Origin: Aplysia californica
Taxonomy: Eukaryota
Direction: 5' to 3'
Length of the DNA: 64,000 nt
NCBI RefSeq assembly: GCF_000002075.1
Contig: NW_004797524.1
Location: 795,762-859,761 of the forward strand
The translations under genes and the position numbers were made by a program. Positions 25,301-35,489 of this stretch are shown here, one piece after another; position 1 is the first letter of the stretch; the number at the start of each line of letters is the position of its first letter. The notes under the pieces are model-generated. The model had not been told where the DNA came from. It saw only the letters and a list, made by a program, of their open reading frames with translations, and did not search any database.

Positions 25301-26108
25301 AGCTTTCAGATGATACCAATAACTGCACATGCTCAAAAATTGATGAGTGCCTGATTTCACTGCGCCGTGACACATATTCTCTGTGAATAAACTCATATTT
25401 TATATGCTAAAGCAGCGCATGGAGAAGAGAATACAGTAACTAATCGACTGCATAGTGTAAGATTCCGCCACAGGCCATTTTGAAAGGTGATGTATGATGG
25501 AGTGTTGCACCAAGCAGTCGAAATGTTTTCTTTTGCATAACTAGAAAGACTGTAGGAAAGCATCAACACAGTGTGTTTCTTGAGTTGAAGCTTTTGTTAC
25601 ACCTTCTTACAATTTTCTCAAACTGTTGGGCCTCTTGCAGCTGTGAAAGTTTGTCTTTGTTTTCAGTACAGTAAATAATTAGTATAATTTGTAATGTTTT
25701 TATGCTACTAAGATTGTTCATTCATTTGCTTCTTAACGTACTTGCTAGCGGCTGCTCTGGTGTGGTTTGCTTCTTCTTTCCTATCAAACATCTATCGTCC
25801 TTATCTCCCCTTCTTCTTTTTTATGTTTGTTACTTTCTTGTAACACCTCTTATCTTCTGGCGCTCATATGACCGTATGCAGTTACGAGCGCCGTAAAACC
25901 TCTACTAAAAGTAAACTGCCACACCCAAGGAGTCTGTCTATTAATAGTAATTGTATTTTTCTCCCATAGGGCTTTGTCGTATCTTCGCAAGTGTGGCTGT
26001 GGTGAATTGTTGCTGCGCTACGTGAAGCTGGACGCATCCTCTGAAACACTCAGCGTCGTCTCAGTACTGGAGACATTTATAAAGGAAATGAAACAAACTC
26101 TGTCTTGA
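691..26108 (+). CDS. C17orf75: C17orf75/NJMU-R1 homolog (WDR11-FAM91A1 complex subunit), spliced gene span: join(691-806,8099-8164,9083-9208,10338-10514,11167-11224,[13132-13224 optional],17476-17595,18726-18790,20951-21108,21665-21765,23671-23740+gap,25970-26108), ~398 aa without the optional exon
   Basis: Exons assembled by hand using GT/AG boundaries; phase is consistent throughout. Peptides FYALYSF, LSVAATNL, CYYCIL, EFVVCF, LFRTELDEYSQGL, NKLKRFLGQAE, LRKCGCGELLL and VLETFIKE are colinear with human NJMU-R1 as I remember it (HYCLYSY, LSLADTNL, CYYCLF, EYVVCF, LFRLELDKYIQGL, NNLKRFIRQAE, LKNCGSGDILL, VLEEFMKE). Confidence 0.9.
1075..1565. mobile_element. MITE-like segment bounded by tattctcacccg / cgggtgagaata inverted motifs
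   Basis: Inverted motif at 1076, 1510-1523, and a palindrome at 1541-1565. Confidence 0.45.
2150..3314 (-). mobile_element. Decayed CR1-clade LINE, 3' half of ORF2 (reverse transcriptase), interrupted by a hAT-like element
   Basis: QHGF..GRSC, YLDFAKAFDTVPH, SGIPQG, LFADD, LEKVQRWATK and RRAKGDMIE motifs spread over frameshifted ORFs; deletion after PQG. Confidence 0.93.
3315..4779. mobile_element. Non-autonomous hAT-like element with an internal 4x ~260-bp tandem array
   Basis: TIR CAGGGTTGG...CCAACCCTG; exact 8-bp TSD GCTAAACA (3307-3314 and 4780-4787); units start at 3315, 3581, 3843 and 4098. Confidence 0.9.
5385..5470. repeat. Short tandem repeat, ~33-bp unit x2.5 (ggcatttcaaatagc..gagctattcagaac)
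   Basis: Visible direct repeats next to the RTE tail. Confidence 0.7.
5470..7060 (-). mobile_element. 5'-truncated RTE-clade LINE (RT domain), frameshifted, with an internal deletion near the 3' end
   Basis: ORFs 6397-6930 and 5633-6430 contain GPDGIP, CKNYRGIMLLS, GVRQGCLLSP, LDFADD and LLYGSETW; (GA)n tail. Confidence 0.93.
7197..7719. mobile_element. Foldback/MITE with ~65-bp imperfect terminal inverted repeats
   Basis: gcagtggctacattcacggcgcc...gccctgaat (7197-7262) is the reverse complement of 7655-7719. Confidence 0.7.
8099..8164 (+). CDS. C17orf75: C17orf75 exon 2 (GHGADDPASPESGGDTEEGST)
   Basis: ctttccag| acceptor, |gtgagt donor, phase 2-2; acidic linker like the equivalent human segment. 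Confidence 0.8.
9083..9208 (+). CDS. C17orf75: C17orf75 exon 3 (LSVAATNLAAHTETDLRKSLSYKLLSKTRPYGEGHVFSVGL)
   Basis: tgtcag| and |gtaagt; open in the expected phase; homologous motif. Confidence 0.9.
9220..9667. mobile_element. MITE
   Basis: TIR tggtgtccacctaacagcaaccc / gggttgctgttaagtagtggacacca. Confidence 0.65.
10338..10514 (+). CDS. C17orf75: C17orf75 exon 4 (FTDSISTSASCYYCILKSS...EFVVCFISFLESSLD)
   Basis: ttttcag| acceptor; ends at the U12-type donor |gtatcctt. Confidence 0.9.
10515..11166 (+). other. U12-type (minor spliceosome) GT-AG intron
   Basis: 5' splice site GTATCCTTAT; branch site TTTCTCCTTAAT (11146-11157) about 10 nt before the AG; no polypyrimidine tract after it; removal restores SSLD-L-FRTELD in frame. 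Confidence 0.88.
10818..11030 (+). mobile_element. tRNA-derived SINE, family A (other copies ~12320-12525, 32120-32335, 32597-32760, 33877-34095, 36550-36775)
   Basis: A-box/B-box-like head (gtagtggtt...gttcgattccc), shared body, 3' end ggcgtaaaaacacc plus A/T tail. Confidence 0.8.
11167..11224 (+). CDS. C17orf75: C17orf75 exon 5 (FRTELDEYSQGLTPLLDKE)
   Basis: acaaag| acceptor and |gtaagt donor; homologous motif. Confidence 0.9.
13132..13224 (+). CDS. C17orf75: Candidate cassette exon of C17orf75 (PLVPRSSSGGNLDSLNNASSNTSAEATQPKE)
   Basis: Pyrimidine tract plus cacttag|, donor GAG|gtaaat, 93 nt, phase 0-0, no stop codon; no counterpart in the human sequence as I remember it. Confidence 0.55.
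14535..14946. mobile_element. MITE family B (copies 25031-25375, 33485-33610 internally deleted, 38990-39410)
   Basis: TIR tgtgaggcatcgtggtgaaatcaggtgctcgtc / gacgagcacctgattccactgcgtcgtgacaca; homologous interiors. Confidence 0.8.
17476..17595 (+). CDS. C17orf75: C17orf75 exon (LSQLGAGIQSYLEQWPPVVLGFLTRTLQCMGPEIQQLIYA)
   Basis: gacag| and |gtaagc; IxSYLxxW motif. Confidence 0.88.
18025..18203 (-). mobile_element. Short ~180-bp retroposon, family 1 (copies near 100, 16140, 17908, 25748, 27355, 28660, 41380, 51391, 52035, 55915, 57078, 59260, 62960)
   Basis: Many homologous copies; 11-bp TSD gtaacac(t/c)tct; hairpin tail followed by (CTAAAA)n. Confidence 0.85.
18726..18790 (+). CDS. C17orf75: C17orf75 exon (ALLNANLQVSGASAQLEQDIK)
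   Basis: caacag| and |gtgaga; phase 0-2. Confidence 0.88.
18892..19739. mobile_element. Tc1/mariner (pogo/Tigger-like) MITE
   Basis: TIR CAGTCGAACCTG / CAGGTTTGACTG; TA TSD; subterminal gacggccacct repeats. Confidence 0.88.
20335..20685 (+). mobile_element. CORE-like tRNA SINE, family C (copies 57730-57965 minus strand, 63800-64000)
   Basis: tRNA-like head; gtgtc(c/a)ttgggaaag(g/t)ca(c/t)ttta...cacccaggtgtgaatgggtac CORE-like domain; tgtaaaacgcatagag tail. Confidence 0.7.
20951..21108 (+). CDS. C17orf75: C17orf75 exon (FFQCCSLSGLLEK...GTASFEKT)
   Basis: cctcag| and |gtaagt; phase 2-1. Confidence 0.88.
21665..21765 (+). CDS. C17orf75: C17orf75 exon (SCQFCKNVTDKLMAQDQSNVTNIRDFLESIKLA)
   Basis: tcacag| and |gtaagc; phase 1-0. 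Confidence 0.88.
21864..22118. mobile_element. TA-flanked MITE (related copy 55506-55676) with a nested 28-bp-arm hairpin at 22008-22095
   Basis: TIR CAGTCT / AGACTG with TA flanks. Confidence 0.65.
22524..23588. mobile_element. Non-autonomous hAT-like element
   Basis: TIR TAGCAATGCCAAT / ATTGGCATTGTTA; flanking direct repeat AAGGAAC(T); CpG-rich interior. Confidence 0.75.
23671..23740 (+). CDS. C17orf75: C17orf75 penultimate exon (FAHNLNKLKRFLGQAEVDFYVLY); 3' end runs into the N gap
   Basis: gatatag| acceptor; conserved LKRF..QAE motif; one more base is needed for a phase-2 junction. Confidence 0.88.
23741..24073. other. Assembly gap (N run) followed by a CT-rich microsatellite to ~24240
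   Basis: N characters. Confidence 1.
25970..26108 (+). CDS. C17orf75: C17orf75 last coding exon (ALSYLRKCGCGELLLRYVKLDASSETLSVVSVLETFIKEMKQTLS*)
   Basis: cccatag| acceptor; TGA at 26106-26108; C-terminal motif matches. Confidence 0.9.
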
Positions 26109-26728
26109 GGTTAAAGAGACAGACACTGTCATCACGAGGTTAATGAAACCAACTCCATCGTGAAAGAAATGAAACAAGACTCTGTTTGAGCTCTTCTCAT
26201 ACCCTGTCACAGAACTTCCTTGGTGATAGTTTGCTCAAACTTGGCATAATGTACGTCATCATATCCTTTTGTCGTGGGCACTGCCTGCCGTTGTTGTCAA
26301 CAAAGTGCAAGAGCCACATGTTGGGTGTTCGCATGAGGATACCTATTCCAGTGCTGGTTTCTTGTCTTGCATGTAATCACGGTAAAGTGTGTGTGCATGT
26401 GCACGCACTTGTGCTTGTGTATGTGTGTGTGTGCGTGCACAGGAAAAAACCATCAAAATTTGTAAACATCAGTGCCAAGTCGGGAAGACAGGATTTTAAG
26501 GTGTTTTTCTTTAACTGCATTGACATGTTGTTCCCATGTAAACTTTAACCTTTTTTATTTTTTATTCAAATAAGATAACTTCAAATTTTTAAAAAGCAAA
26601 ATACTCTGGATGAAAGGTTGCAGGACTGCCATTTTATCAAAGTGATGTTGGAGGCTGTATGGTGGGTTTCTCTGTGCAGCCACACATACATGCATATGTA
26701 CATATATACACAGGCTTGCACTTGCATG

Positions 26729-26730
<2 letters not shown>

Positions 26731-26766
<36 letters not shown>

Positions 26767-26830
26767 AACACACTCACACACACAGTCACCCACCACAACT
26801 GGCACACACACAAACACCCACACGACACGC
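26731..26830. repeat. (CA)n microsatellite
   Basis: Directly visible. Confidence 0.95.
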
Positions 26831-29273
26831 AGACATATGTACACGCTTACACAAATAACATATGTATACATTGTACTTGTGCTTGTTACGCTTGAAAAAG
26901 AGACTATGGTATCTGTCATACACTTTGTTTAGTCCAAATTCTTACTGCTGAGTTGTTGGTTCTTCACTGGTTGTGAGTCACAGACGCACTTGTTCTCTAT
27001 TGTCTCTTTTACAGAAGCTATTTACACTACAGTAAAAAGCAAAATAATAATAAATGAAAAAAATGAAACAACGTTCGTTTCATGTATTGTCGCCAAATTT
27101 TTTGTCCTGAAAATAAAGATATACATGATCTTATGCAGTGGAGAATGCTGTAAAACTTTTATCAAGCAAAATAAAACTACCCCAGATTTTGTCAATTTAT
27201 TTTTTGCACCACAACTTACAGCGCTGGGCTTGGTGATATCTCGAGTTCTAAGCAGCATTTTCACTTCATCCACCTTTTGTTTTTAATGTTAAGCTGTTAT
27301 TTCTACCTCTGTGGATGGTTTGCAGTTTAATCTTTTTAGAGAGTGCGTGGCATTTGGGTGATGGTTGGTGGGTGCTCTGGTGCGGTTTGCTACTTCTATT
27401 CTGCCACACAGCTGTCATCCTTAATCTGTCCTCCCTCTTTTCTAACCTGGCCACTGCCTCTGATCTTTGTTTATTACTCTATATAACACCTCTAATCTTT
27501 AACACTTTTATGACCTATTTGTGTTCCAAGTTCTGTAAAACTCTTACCAAGACTAAATGAAAGCAAATGTTATTTTTTCTTTGAATGTCAGGAAGCAATA
27601 TTGCTTGACAGAGAGGAAGTTTGCATACAGTGAGAGTTGGCAAATAAATAGCACTCTTTTCTTTTATTTATATGTTTGTTATAATGTTTTCATGTCTGGT
27701 ATAGTGTTCTTTATATATATAAGTTCTTTTAAAGGTATTGATTGACAAGTTTGATTTAATTAAGTATGTCAGTTTTTGTTTTCATCAGCATACATAGAAG
27801 CCTTTGCCATGTTAGATCTTACTAGGAGACAACAAAGCAGAGATTAACATAAAAGAACAAGTGTATTTTCTGTTTGAAGCATCGTCAAAGGAATAACCCT
27901 GTAATGCTGTCCTGGAACATTATTTGATGAAATGTGTCAGTTCTTGTTCTGATCAAAACACTTGGAGGCAGTGTACGTGTTAGACGTTACAAGGTGGTAG
28001 CCAAGCAGAGATGAACATAAAGGAACATGTAATAATAATGTTCAAAGTGATGTCAAAGGAACAACCCGGTAATGCTGTCCAGGAACATGGAGGGATCAAA
28101 GAACTGTTTTTGTTCCAACTGGTTACTGTGTCATAGTGTGTCCGATTTAGCTCATTCCTTTGTCGTTGGTTCTGTATGTCAAGCATGGCCATTCCCTTTA
28201 TTGTACTCTTTATGCTGAAGGGTGAATGCTGCATGGGTGTTGTGTGAATATGGAATGAGAGTATGAGTAGGGGAAGGATTACTTTGTTGTCTCAGTGTTT
28301 GTCTCAAATGTTGCCTGTGCTTACTGAATTAGTCAGATACACATGGAGTCACTTCACTGAGGACAGTTTTACCACTTATACCCATACTTTCATGAAGCAC
28401 AAGTATGTGGACGTGTTTTCTGAATGTCTGTTTTATATATATATATATGTATATGAATAGCTGAATGGTGTTATGATAATTATTGTATTAATGACTTCTG
28501 TTATATCTATTTTAGGAGACAAGTGGATAGGGTTTTGAGTAGTTTGGTCTTTCTACCTCTCTTCATTGTTACAATTGCCTTGATCTGTTCCTGGTGAAAT
28601 CTGGGGTTGTCATTTTGTTTCTACCTTCTCAACAATTCAGTGACAAAATCATGTTAATGGATGGTTGGCAGGTGCTCTGGCGTGGATTGCTCCTTTTTTC
28701 CTATCAAATATCCACCGCCTTTATCTCTCCTCCTTTTAAAAAAAATTTTTTACTCTCTTTTGACACCTCTAATCTTCAGCACTTTTATGAATTTATGACC
28801 TACATGTATTTGTGTAGCAAGTGCCATAAGATCCTTACTGAAACGGAAATAAAATTTATGTTAGCATCATGTAAGCTCTGCATCTGCTGCAGCAGATTTA
28901 TTTGTCGTCTGATGATGTGACAAAAACTGGACATACACTAATCTAACTACTTTATGGCCCCTTGAATGGACATATTTGTTGATGAAAACTGTTATTTGCT
29001 CTGAACCCAAGACTTGAAAGCCCTTTTCTCTGAAATGTTAAAATATTCACTCTCATCAAACGATCTGGCTGCTAATCATGTATTTGATTTAGATTAATGG
29101 ATTGAATATTGTGACCATGGAAGAAAGGGCTGGGTGCTAATTTTTATGTCATTATATTTCTACAAAATTATATGAATGTTAGAACCATTAAATCCAAGCA
29201 TATTACATACTCCTGCCTTTTGGATTACATAGTCCCCTTATTGGCATAAAGTGCAAGTAAGCACTGACTTTAA

Positions 29274-29569
29274 CTCTTTATCTCCGAGGGGGGCTAACCC
29301 ACTACACCTGGGCCCTTTTTTGTACTAAATCTAAAAATGACAAAAACGTCACTAAATGGATCATTAAATCGAAACTATCGAACCTATTATGATAGTATTT
29401 CATCTAATGAATAAACTTCCGGTAAAAGTAACCTGTGTTCGGCAGTTGCCGAAAAGTAATTTGATGTCGAAGTCGTCGTAAAGGAATTTGCCCGAGCCGC
29501 TGTCTGCGGCTCACCGGCACAGCAGTTCCGACTGCAAACCCCTGGGAGCGGCTTGCCGGAGATAAAGAG
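29274..29569. mobile_element. TTAA-targeting (piggyBac-like) MITE; related copy 60001-60249
   Basis: TTAA|CTCTTTATCTCCG...CGGAGATAAAGAG|TTAA. Confidence 0.85.
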
Positions 29570-32500
29570 TTAAGAAGTAAGTTTTTTTCTATAGGCTATC
29601 CAGTAACTGTATCTTTTGAACTCATAACTTACCTGTTGACTGCTTTTATCGCTGCCTTTGTTCTTAATGCAGTAAATAATAAATACTTTACAATTTGTAT
29701 TTTTTTGCTTCTAAGATTTTTAATTGATGGCTCCTTGACCCAATCCTTACTAACTGCAGCTCAGGAGTTCACCAGAAGAAGCTAAGAGTTGTCACACTAG
29801 GGCTTTTTTGTGTTGAGAATTAGCAGTGTCAAATCGAGTCTCCTAGGTGCGGCATGTTGCATGTTTCTTTGGGTCGCAAAAGAAAGAATAAGGTTAAGAA
29901 GCATTGTTGAGCTTTATTAGGTTTTTATCTATGAGCTCTGTGTGTAAAATGTGGCCACAGTGTAAAAGTTAAACATTGTTCAGTATAGTCAGATCTATAG
30001 TTGGCGACCTTCCTTTGCGCTTATAAATGGTGACCGACTTAGGCATGTTGTCTTGTGTACCAAATGATGTAAAACTCTTACTAAAACTGAATTTAATTCT
30101 AAAAAGACAAGTAAATGTCATCATGCCAGAAACATACAGTAATTTATAAGTCATTTCTGATAATGACAAAGGTCTTTTTAAATTGATGATTGTGTACTGT
30201 ATTAGTTTGTACATTTTCAGCCGCAATGTAGAAGTGCATATTTTTGAGGACTCAAAAAAACTTTACATTAACTCCCCTTTGCCAGTCTGTTTAATAGAAA
30301 GGCGTTTAATCTTTACCTGTTTCTTTTTTGGGTTGTTTTGGATATTGTGTACTTTTTTTCCATTTTCCATTATAATGCGCAAAGATAGCCTTTTGTCTCT
30401 GAGCTCCCAGAAAAATAGGCCGTCTGATTGTGAATGGCAACTTTTTCAGTGTTGTCATGGCTAGGGCTTCATTTCTTGTGGTTGTGGTTGCATTTTTGGG
30501 GTGTCACTATAATGGAGGTCAGATGTAAAAGAAAACCCATTTCCCAAAGAAGTTAACTTAAACAGATAGTTGCCTTATTCTATAGAAGTTGTCGCCCGCA
30601 TCAGTTTCCCCTCTATGTACCTTCTGTCCAGTCCTGTCAGAGATTGATGTTGATTACATGATACATGGAGATACTGAAACTTTTGAAATGAGCTCTGATA
30701 ATGCTCATTTTTTTCTTTTTTTTTTAGTCAGTACCCATTTTACAGTTTGGAGGGCCTTATTTGTTGGCGTATGTACCAATAGGCATAATGGACAATACGT
30801 AAGCTATGTACACTTTTGTACTGGGTGGAACAAAGATTCTGTGACACCAGCTTGTGCAATAGATCATGGCTACTTTCAGAAGTGAGAGAAGGCAGAGAGT
30901 TGTTGTTCCTAGTAGACCATGCAGATGTTTTCATGGAATGACTATACTTTTCTGTCATTTATTTTTGTGTTTGATGCCAAGACTTTTTATAAGTAGCATA
31001 ATACCACACAAAGATGGCTAAATTATTTAAGCCATTGCAAATTATTTCTCTCTTCACTTTTTTCTTTTTTTCTTTCAACTGCTCCAAGGTAACAATGTTT
31101 TCTTTGACACTAATACTTGATGAGTATAGCTTTATGACAGGCGTACATGTGTGTGTTTATGGCCTGATACCTGGGGTGTGCCTTTACCTCAGATAGCAGT
31201 ACATGTATCATTTTGAAATGTAAAACCCTAGATTACTATCTCTACCCCAGTAACGGCCTCTTAAGTAAATAATCTAATAATGCTGATAGAGGCATTAGTT
31301 AAACCCTTACTCTTACTTTACTTTTCCCTGGTAAAGAATTCCTCATTCTCTATATCAACTTACTTATCAAGTATAGAATCAGTGACATGTGTAGATGCCT
31401 GTTAATTCAGGGATACTGTCTTTAGAAACTACCCTTACGGTGTTGAAATAAGCTTTTTTTAATAATCACATTCCATCATACGTCTGAAGCTCAGTACACT
31501 GATGTTTTCAAGTTGACACTCATTCAATATAAAAAATGTGTTTGGCTTTTTTGTCCCTACCTGTTACTTACAAATTATATTCTCCAACTGATGGACTGAT
31601 ATTAAACTTATCGTGTATGTCATGTATACATTTCTTTAGTAGATATTTTCAAGGGAACATAAATTTAATTGACTGATGTGTCCTGTTGACTTTCCAGGTT
31701 TATTATGTTTTGTCAGCTGTTTTGTTTTGTTATTTTAGGCATTTTTACAGTATTTGTGTGAAATTGTATTATCTCAGACAAGACATGATGAGGTAAACTA
31801 TTTGGCTACTGATTGAATTTTGAAGCGGTGTTTGATGTGTTGGTGCTTGTTTTGTATTTAGATGACTGCGGTCTTCCACTTCAGTGCTAGGGTTGGACCT
31901 GAACAACCGTTTTGAAGCAACCTTCCTACTTAATTTTCTAAATTAGGTTGACGGGGAGCTTAAACATTAACTTTTAGTCAAAAACAAAAGATATCAGTTT
32001 GACCTGAACGTGCTCAGTAAGGTGTCATAACCTGTCATGCTCAGGCTTGCACAGACCTGGAGTTGATGTTAAGATGTATTGGTACCTTTAGTAACTCTTG
32101 TACCAGGTGCGTCAGTTCACTGTTGTCTGTGGTTAGGTGATTGATTCACTGTCGCACACAGGAGACCCGAGTTTGATTCCTGAGTGGAGAGAAGATTTTT
32201 ATTGCTCGGACTTTCTCCTGAGATGTATCCCTGTCAGTGTCAGCCTGGGTTGGTCCTAATATGCAGGTTCGGAAGCCGGCCTCCTAGATGATCTAAATTG
32301 TGTCAATGGGGATGTAAAAACATCTACATTTTTTTTTTAAGGTGCCTCAGTTCAGAAGGAACAAATGGTTTCATCTTTCAGCTGAGGTTGTTCATGATTC
32401 AATATTTTACTTTAATGCTGTGACCCAAAATGGGACAGAAGTTGTAGAGATGTATAGCAAATAGCAAAGTAAGCAGAGGGTTAGATTATGCTGGGGTTGC

Positions 32501-34691
32501 CAAAGTACAAGGACAGCACAGATCCGGCTCCTACATTCAGTGTACCTTGGACAAGACTCCTATTCAAATCTTTCAGCTGAGTAGACAGACTCACTTTACC
32601 GGCGTCTGTGGCAAAGCAGTAAGGTGCTTTGCTATCGCATGCAGGTGACCTTAATTCGATTCCCAAGTGGGAAGAAAATTTTTATTGAATATCTCTGTCT
32701 TTCCGCTGGAATGTTGTATCTCTTTATTTTGTGGTTGGTTGGGTAGTGACAGAAGGGTTGCAATCTCTATAGTCCATGACATAATTTGTTAAGAAATCCA
32801 AAATCTCTTACAAAGCGTAATGTTTTCTTCCCTGTATGTTGAAGTTTGTATGACCCTTAAATACAATTTATAAGATAATAGGTGTCCTATTAGGTTTAAG
32901 TGATAAACTGATACTTTTTCTCATGTCTTTCGAGTCAATTCCACTTTCAAATTGCTTTTTTTGGCAATATCGAAAGCCACTACTCAGGACAGTTTGCATT
33001 TGAATATTATATTTCTTATATTCACACTCGATGGAGATATATTTAGAGTTGCACTTATTGGAAATATACACATTTAATGTACTACTTTCGATTTTTCGAA
33101 GTTGCTCACAGCCACTTTTATGACTTCTTCTCACTCAATATATAAAATTGATGACAATGACTTGTAAAGTTTCTAATTTTTTTAAGCACTATCTATTTGC
33201 TGGGATTGCTTATACTTAAAGGGTATGCACACAATCAAGAATTATATCATGATAAGTGTATAAAAGGCAATGTTCAAGTTTTCTGAAAACTGCTATTCAA
33301 GTTTCTTTCAATACATTTACAACGGTTGTCATGACCACTAGATAAACAACTGATGATAAAAGATAAACTAAAATAATGACGCATAGAGGTGTCTTCCCTT
33401 AACATCTTTTTACTTTTTTTTCTCAAGACATCTGCTTCACACAACACTTTGAGTCGATTAGTTATATATATATATATATATATATGAGGCAGCGTGGTAA
33501 AATTCCTGGGCCTTCAGCATATTGTGGGAGGGTGACAAGCTTTGAGATGATACTAATAACTCTAAATGTCCAAAAATTGATGAGCGCCTGATTCCACTAC
33601 GTTGCAACATTTATATATTATATTATATATATATATATATAAAAATTGTGACTCAAAAATAAAATGTTTAATATTTTATTTTTCTTTAATGCTGTTACCC
33701 CAAATAGGAACAGAAAATAGAAATTGTAGATGTATAAGAAATAGCAAAGTAAGCAGAGAGTTAGATTATGCTGGGGTTGTCAAAGTACAAGGACAGCACA
33801 GATTCGGCTCCTACATTCAGTGTACCTTGGACAAGACTCCTATTCAAATCTTTCAGCTGAGCAGACAGACTTACTTTACCGGCGTCTGTGGCATAGCAGT
33901 AAGGTGCTTTGCTATCGCATGCAGGTGACATGAGTTCGATTCCCAAGTGGGTAGAAAATTTTTATTGAATATCTCAGTCTTTCTGCTGGAATGTTGTATC
34001 TCTCTCAGCCAGTGATGGCCCTGACAGGCAGAGTCGGAAGCCTGCCTCCTAAAAATCCTATACTGTGTCGATGGGGCGGAAAAAAATCACCTATGTGTGC
34101 ATACATAACATATATACAGTACAATGTAGTTATTTTGCCTGCAGTGGAGGGTTATGAGACACTACTTTTTTCTACCAAGCATGAAATGTTGCCAGTTGAG
34201 TGTGTTTCACTTCAAGTCAAAGAAACAGACTAACATTTTCATAATCCCACCTATGTAAGGGTTATGGTATAGTGATTATAATGAAAATTAGAGAAAAGGG
34301 TACCAGCTTTTGTTTGGTGCCTTTTTTAAAAATTCTTTAATATCACTTGTCTGTGATCTCCCCCAACTCACTGAAGTACACTTTAGTCCTCTTTAACTGA
34401 AAGCTCCTGGACCAACAGATTTTCTTTGGTTTAGCCCGGTTTTCCATTATAATAGATGAGTTTGTGCTCATATTTAGAAGGAAAAAAATGGGGACTTTTT
34501 CTTTCAGTTTACTGCTGGTTTTTAAAAAAATTAGCTGTGCTCTGTTTTAAGCGGACTCCAATGTAGAAGTGACCTGGAAATGAGGTTTCTCTATACCAAT
34601 ATGTATTTGGAAACAAGTTTGCAAGAAATGTTCATGTATTATTGCTGTTCATATTAATTATGTTAATTTCGGTACTTTAAATTCTGTAAGA

Positions 34692-34697
34692 AATAAA
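34692..34697 (+). terminator. Candidate distal polyadenylation signal for C17orf75
   Basis: AATAAA followed about 20 nt later by a GT-rich tract (gttgttgttcttccttgtgt), at the end of the T-skewed region. Confidence 0.35.
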
Positions 34698-34764
34698 GTG
34701 TTGGCAAAGAGCAACCAAGTTGTTGTTCTTCCTTGTGTCCGCTCAATTCATCGCAAATAAGCAC

Positions 34765-34985
34765 AGTAGCCTAGTGGTTTGGCTACCGGACTCGAAATCG
34801 TGAGATTGCGGTTTCGGGGGTTCGAGCCTCAGCTCGGTCCGACGTGTCCTTGGGAAAGGCACTTTACACAAATTTCCCACTTGGCTTGGTCCTTTCGGAG
34901 ACGGACGTTAAACTAGGAGGCCCCACCTCTTAAATAACCTAATAGCTTTGATAGGGGCGTTAAACCCATACCATTTCACCATTTC
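34765..34985 (+). mobile_element. Chimeric SINE: family C head and CORE-like start, then Deu/Nin-like domain and ggcgttaaa tail
   Basis: Head shared with the 20335 and 63800 copies; gtcctttcggagacggacgttaaactaggaggcccc motif; (ccatttca)n end. Confidence 0.65.
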
Positions 34986-35045
34986 ACAAATAAGCACTGC
35001 AGTCCAAATTCCCAAATCTGTGCTGTCCTACAAACACTTAACTTA

Positions 35046-35418
35046 GGTGCCAGTCCACTTGGCGGTCTACAGCTACGTTTTTGTTCTATTTGACGGTCTA
35101 ACGCTATGTTTCTGTTCTTCTGGACGGTGTGCCGCTATGTTTCCATTCCACTGCACAGTCTTCTGCCATGTTTCCATTCCACTGCACAGTCTACTGCCAT
35201 GTTTCCATTCCACTGCACAGTCTACTGCCATGTTTTTGTTCTACTTGACGGTCTACAGCTATGTTTCTGTATGACAATAGTTCCACTTGACGGTCTACTG
35301 CTACGGTACCGCTCAGGCTACTCTATTACTATCAACAAGCCTGACCCTAACCTAAACCAACTAACACAGCACAGGTAGACAGTTTTCCATCGCACAGGCT
35401 GTCAAGTTGACTGGCACC
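35046..35418. mobile_element. MITE containing a ~30-bp minisatellite
   Basis: TIR ggtgccagtccacttggcgg / ctgtcaagttgactggcacc; about 8 tandem units of gtttccattccactgcacagtctactgccat. Confidence 0.75.
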
Positions 35419-35489
35419 CACTTTTTTGTCAGCTTTTGAGATATTAAGAAATAACTACTAAAGGCCTGTCCATCCCCATCACTCGTAGG

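Noticed and set aside
26106-26120. Stop-codon readthrough or selenocysteine at the TGA stops of either gene
   Set aside because: Contexts TGA-GGT and TGA-AGG are not readthrough motifs, homology ends at the stops, and no SECIS was recognised.
35050-35310. CRISPR-like array of ~30-bp repeats
   Set aside because: The repeats are head-to-tail with no spacers, lie inside a MITE in animal DNA, and there are no cas genes.
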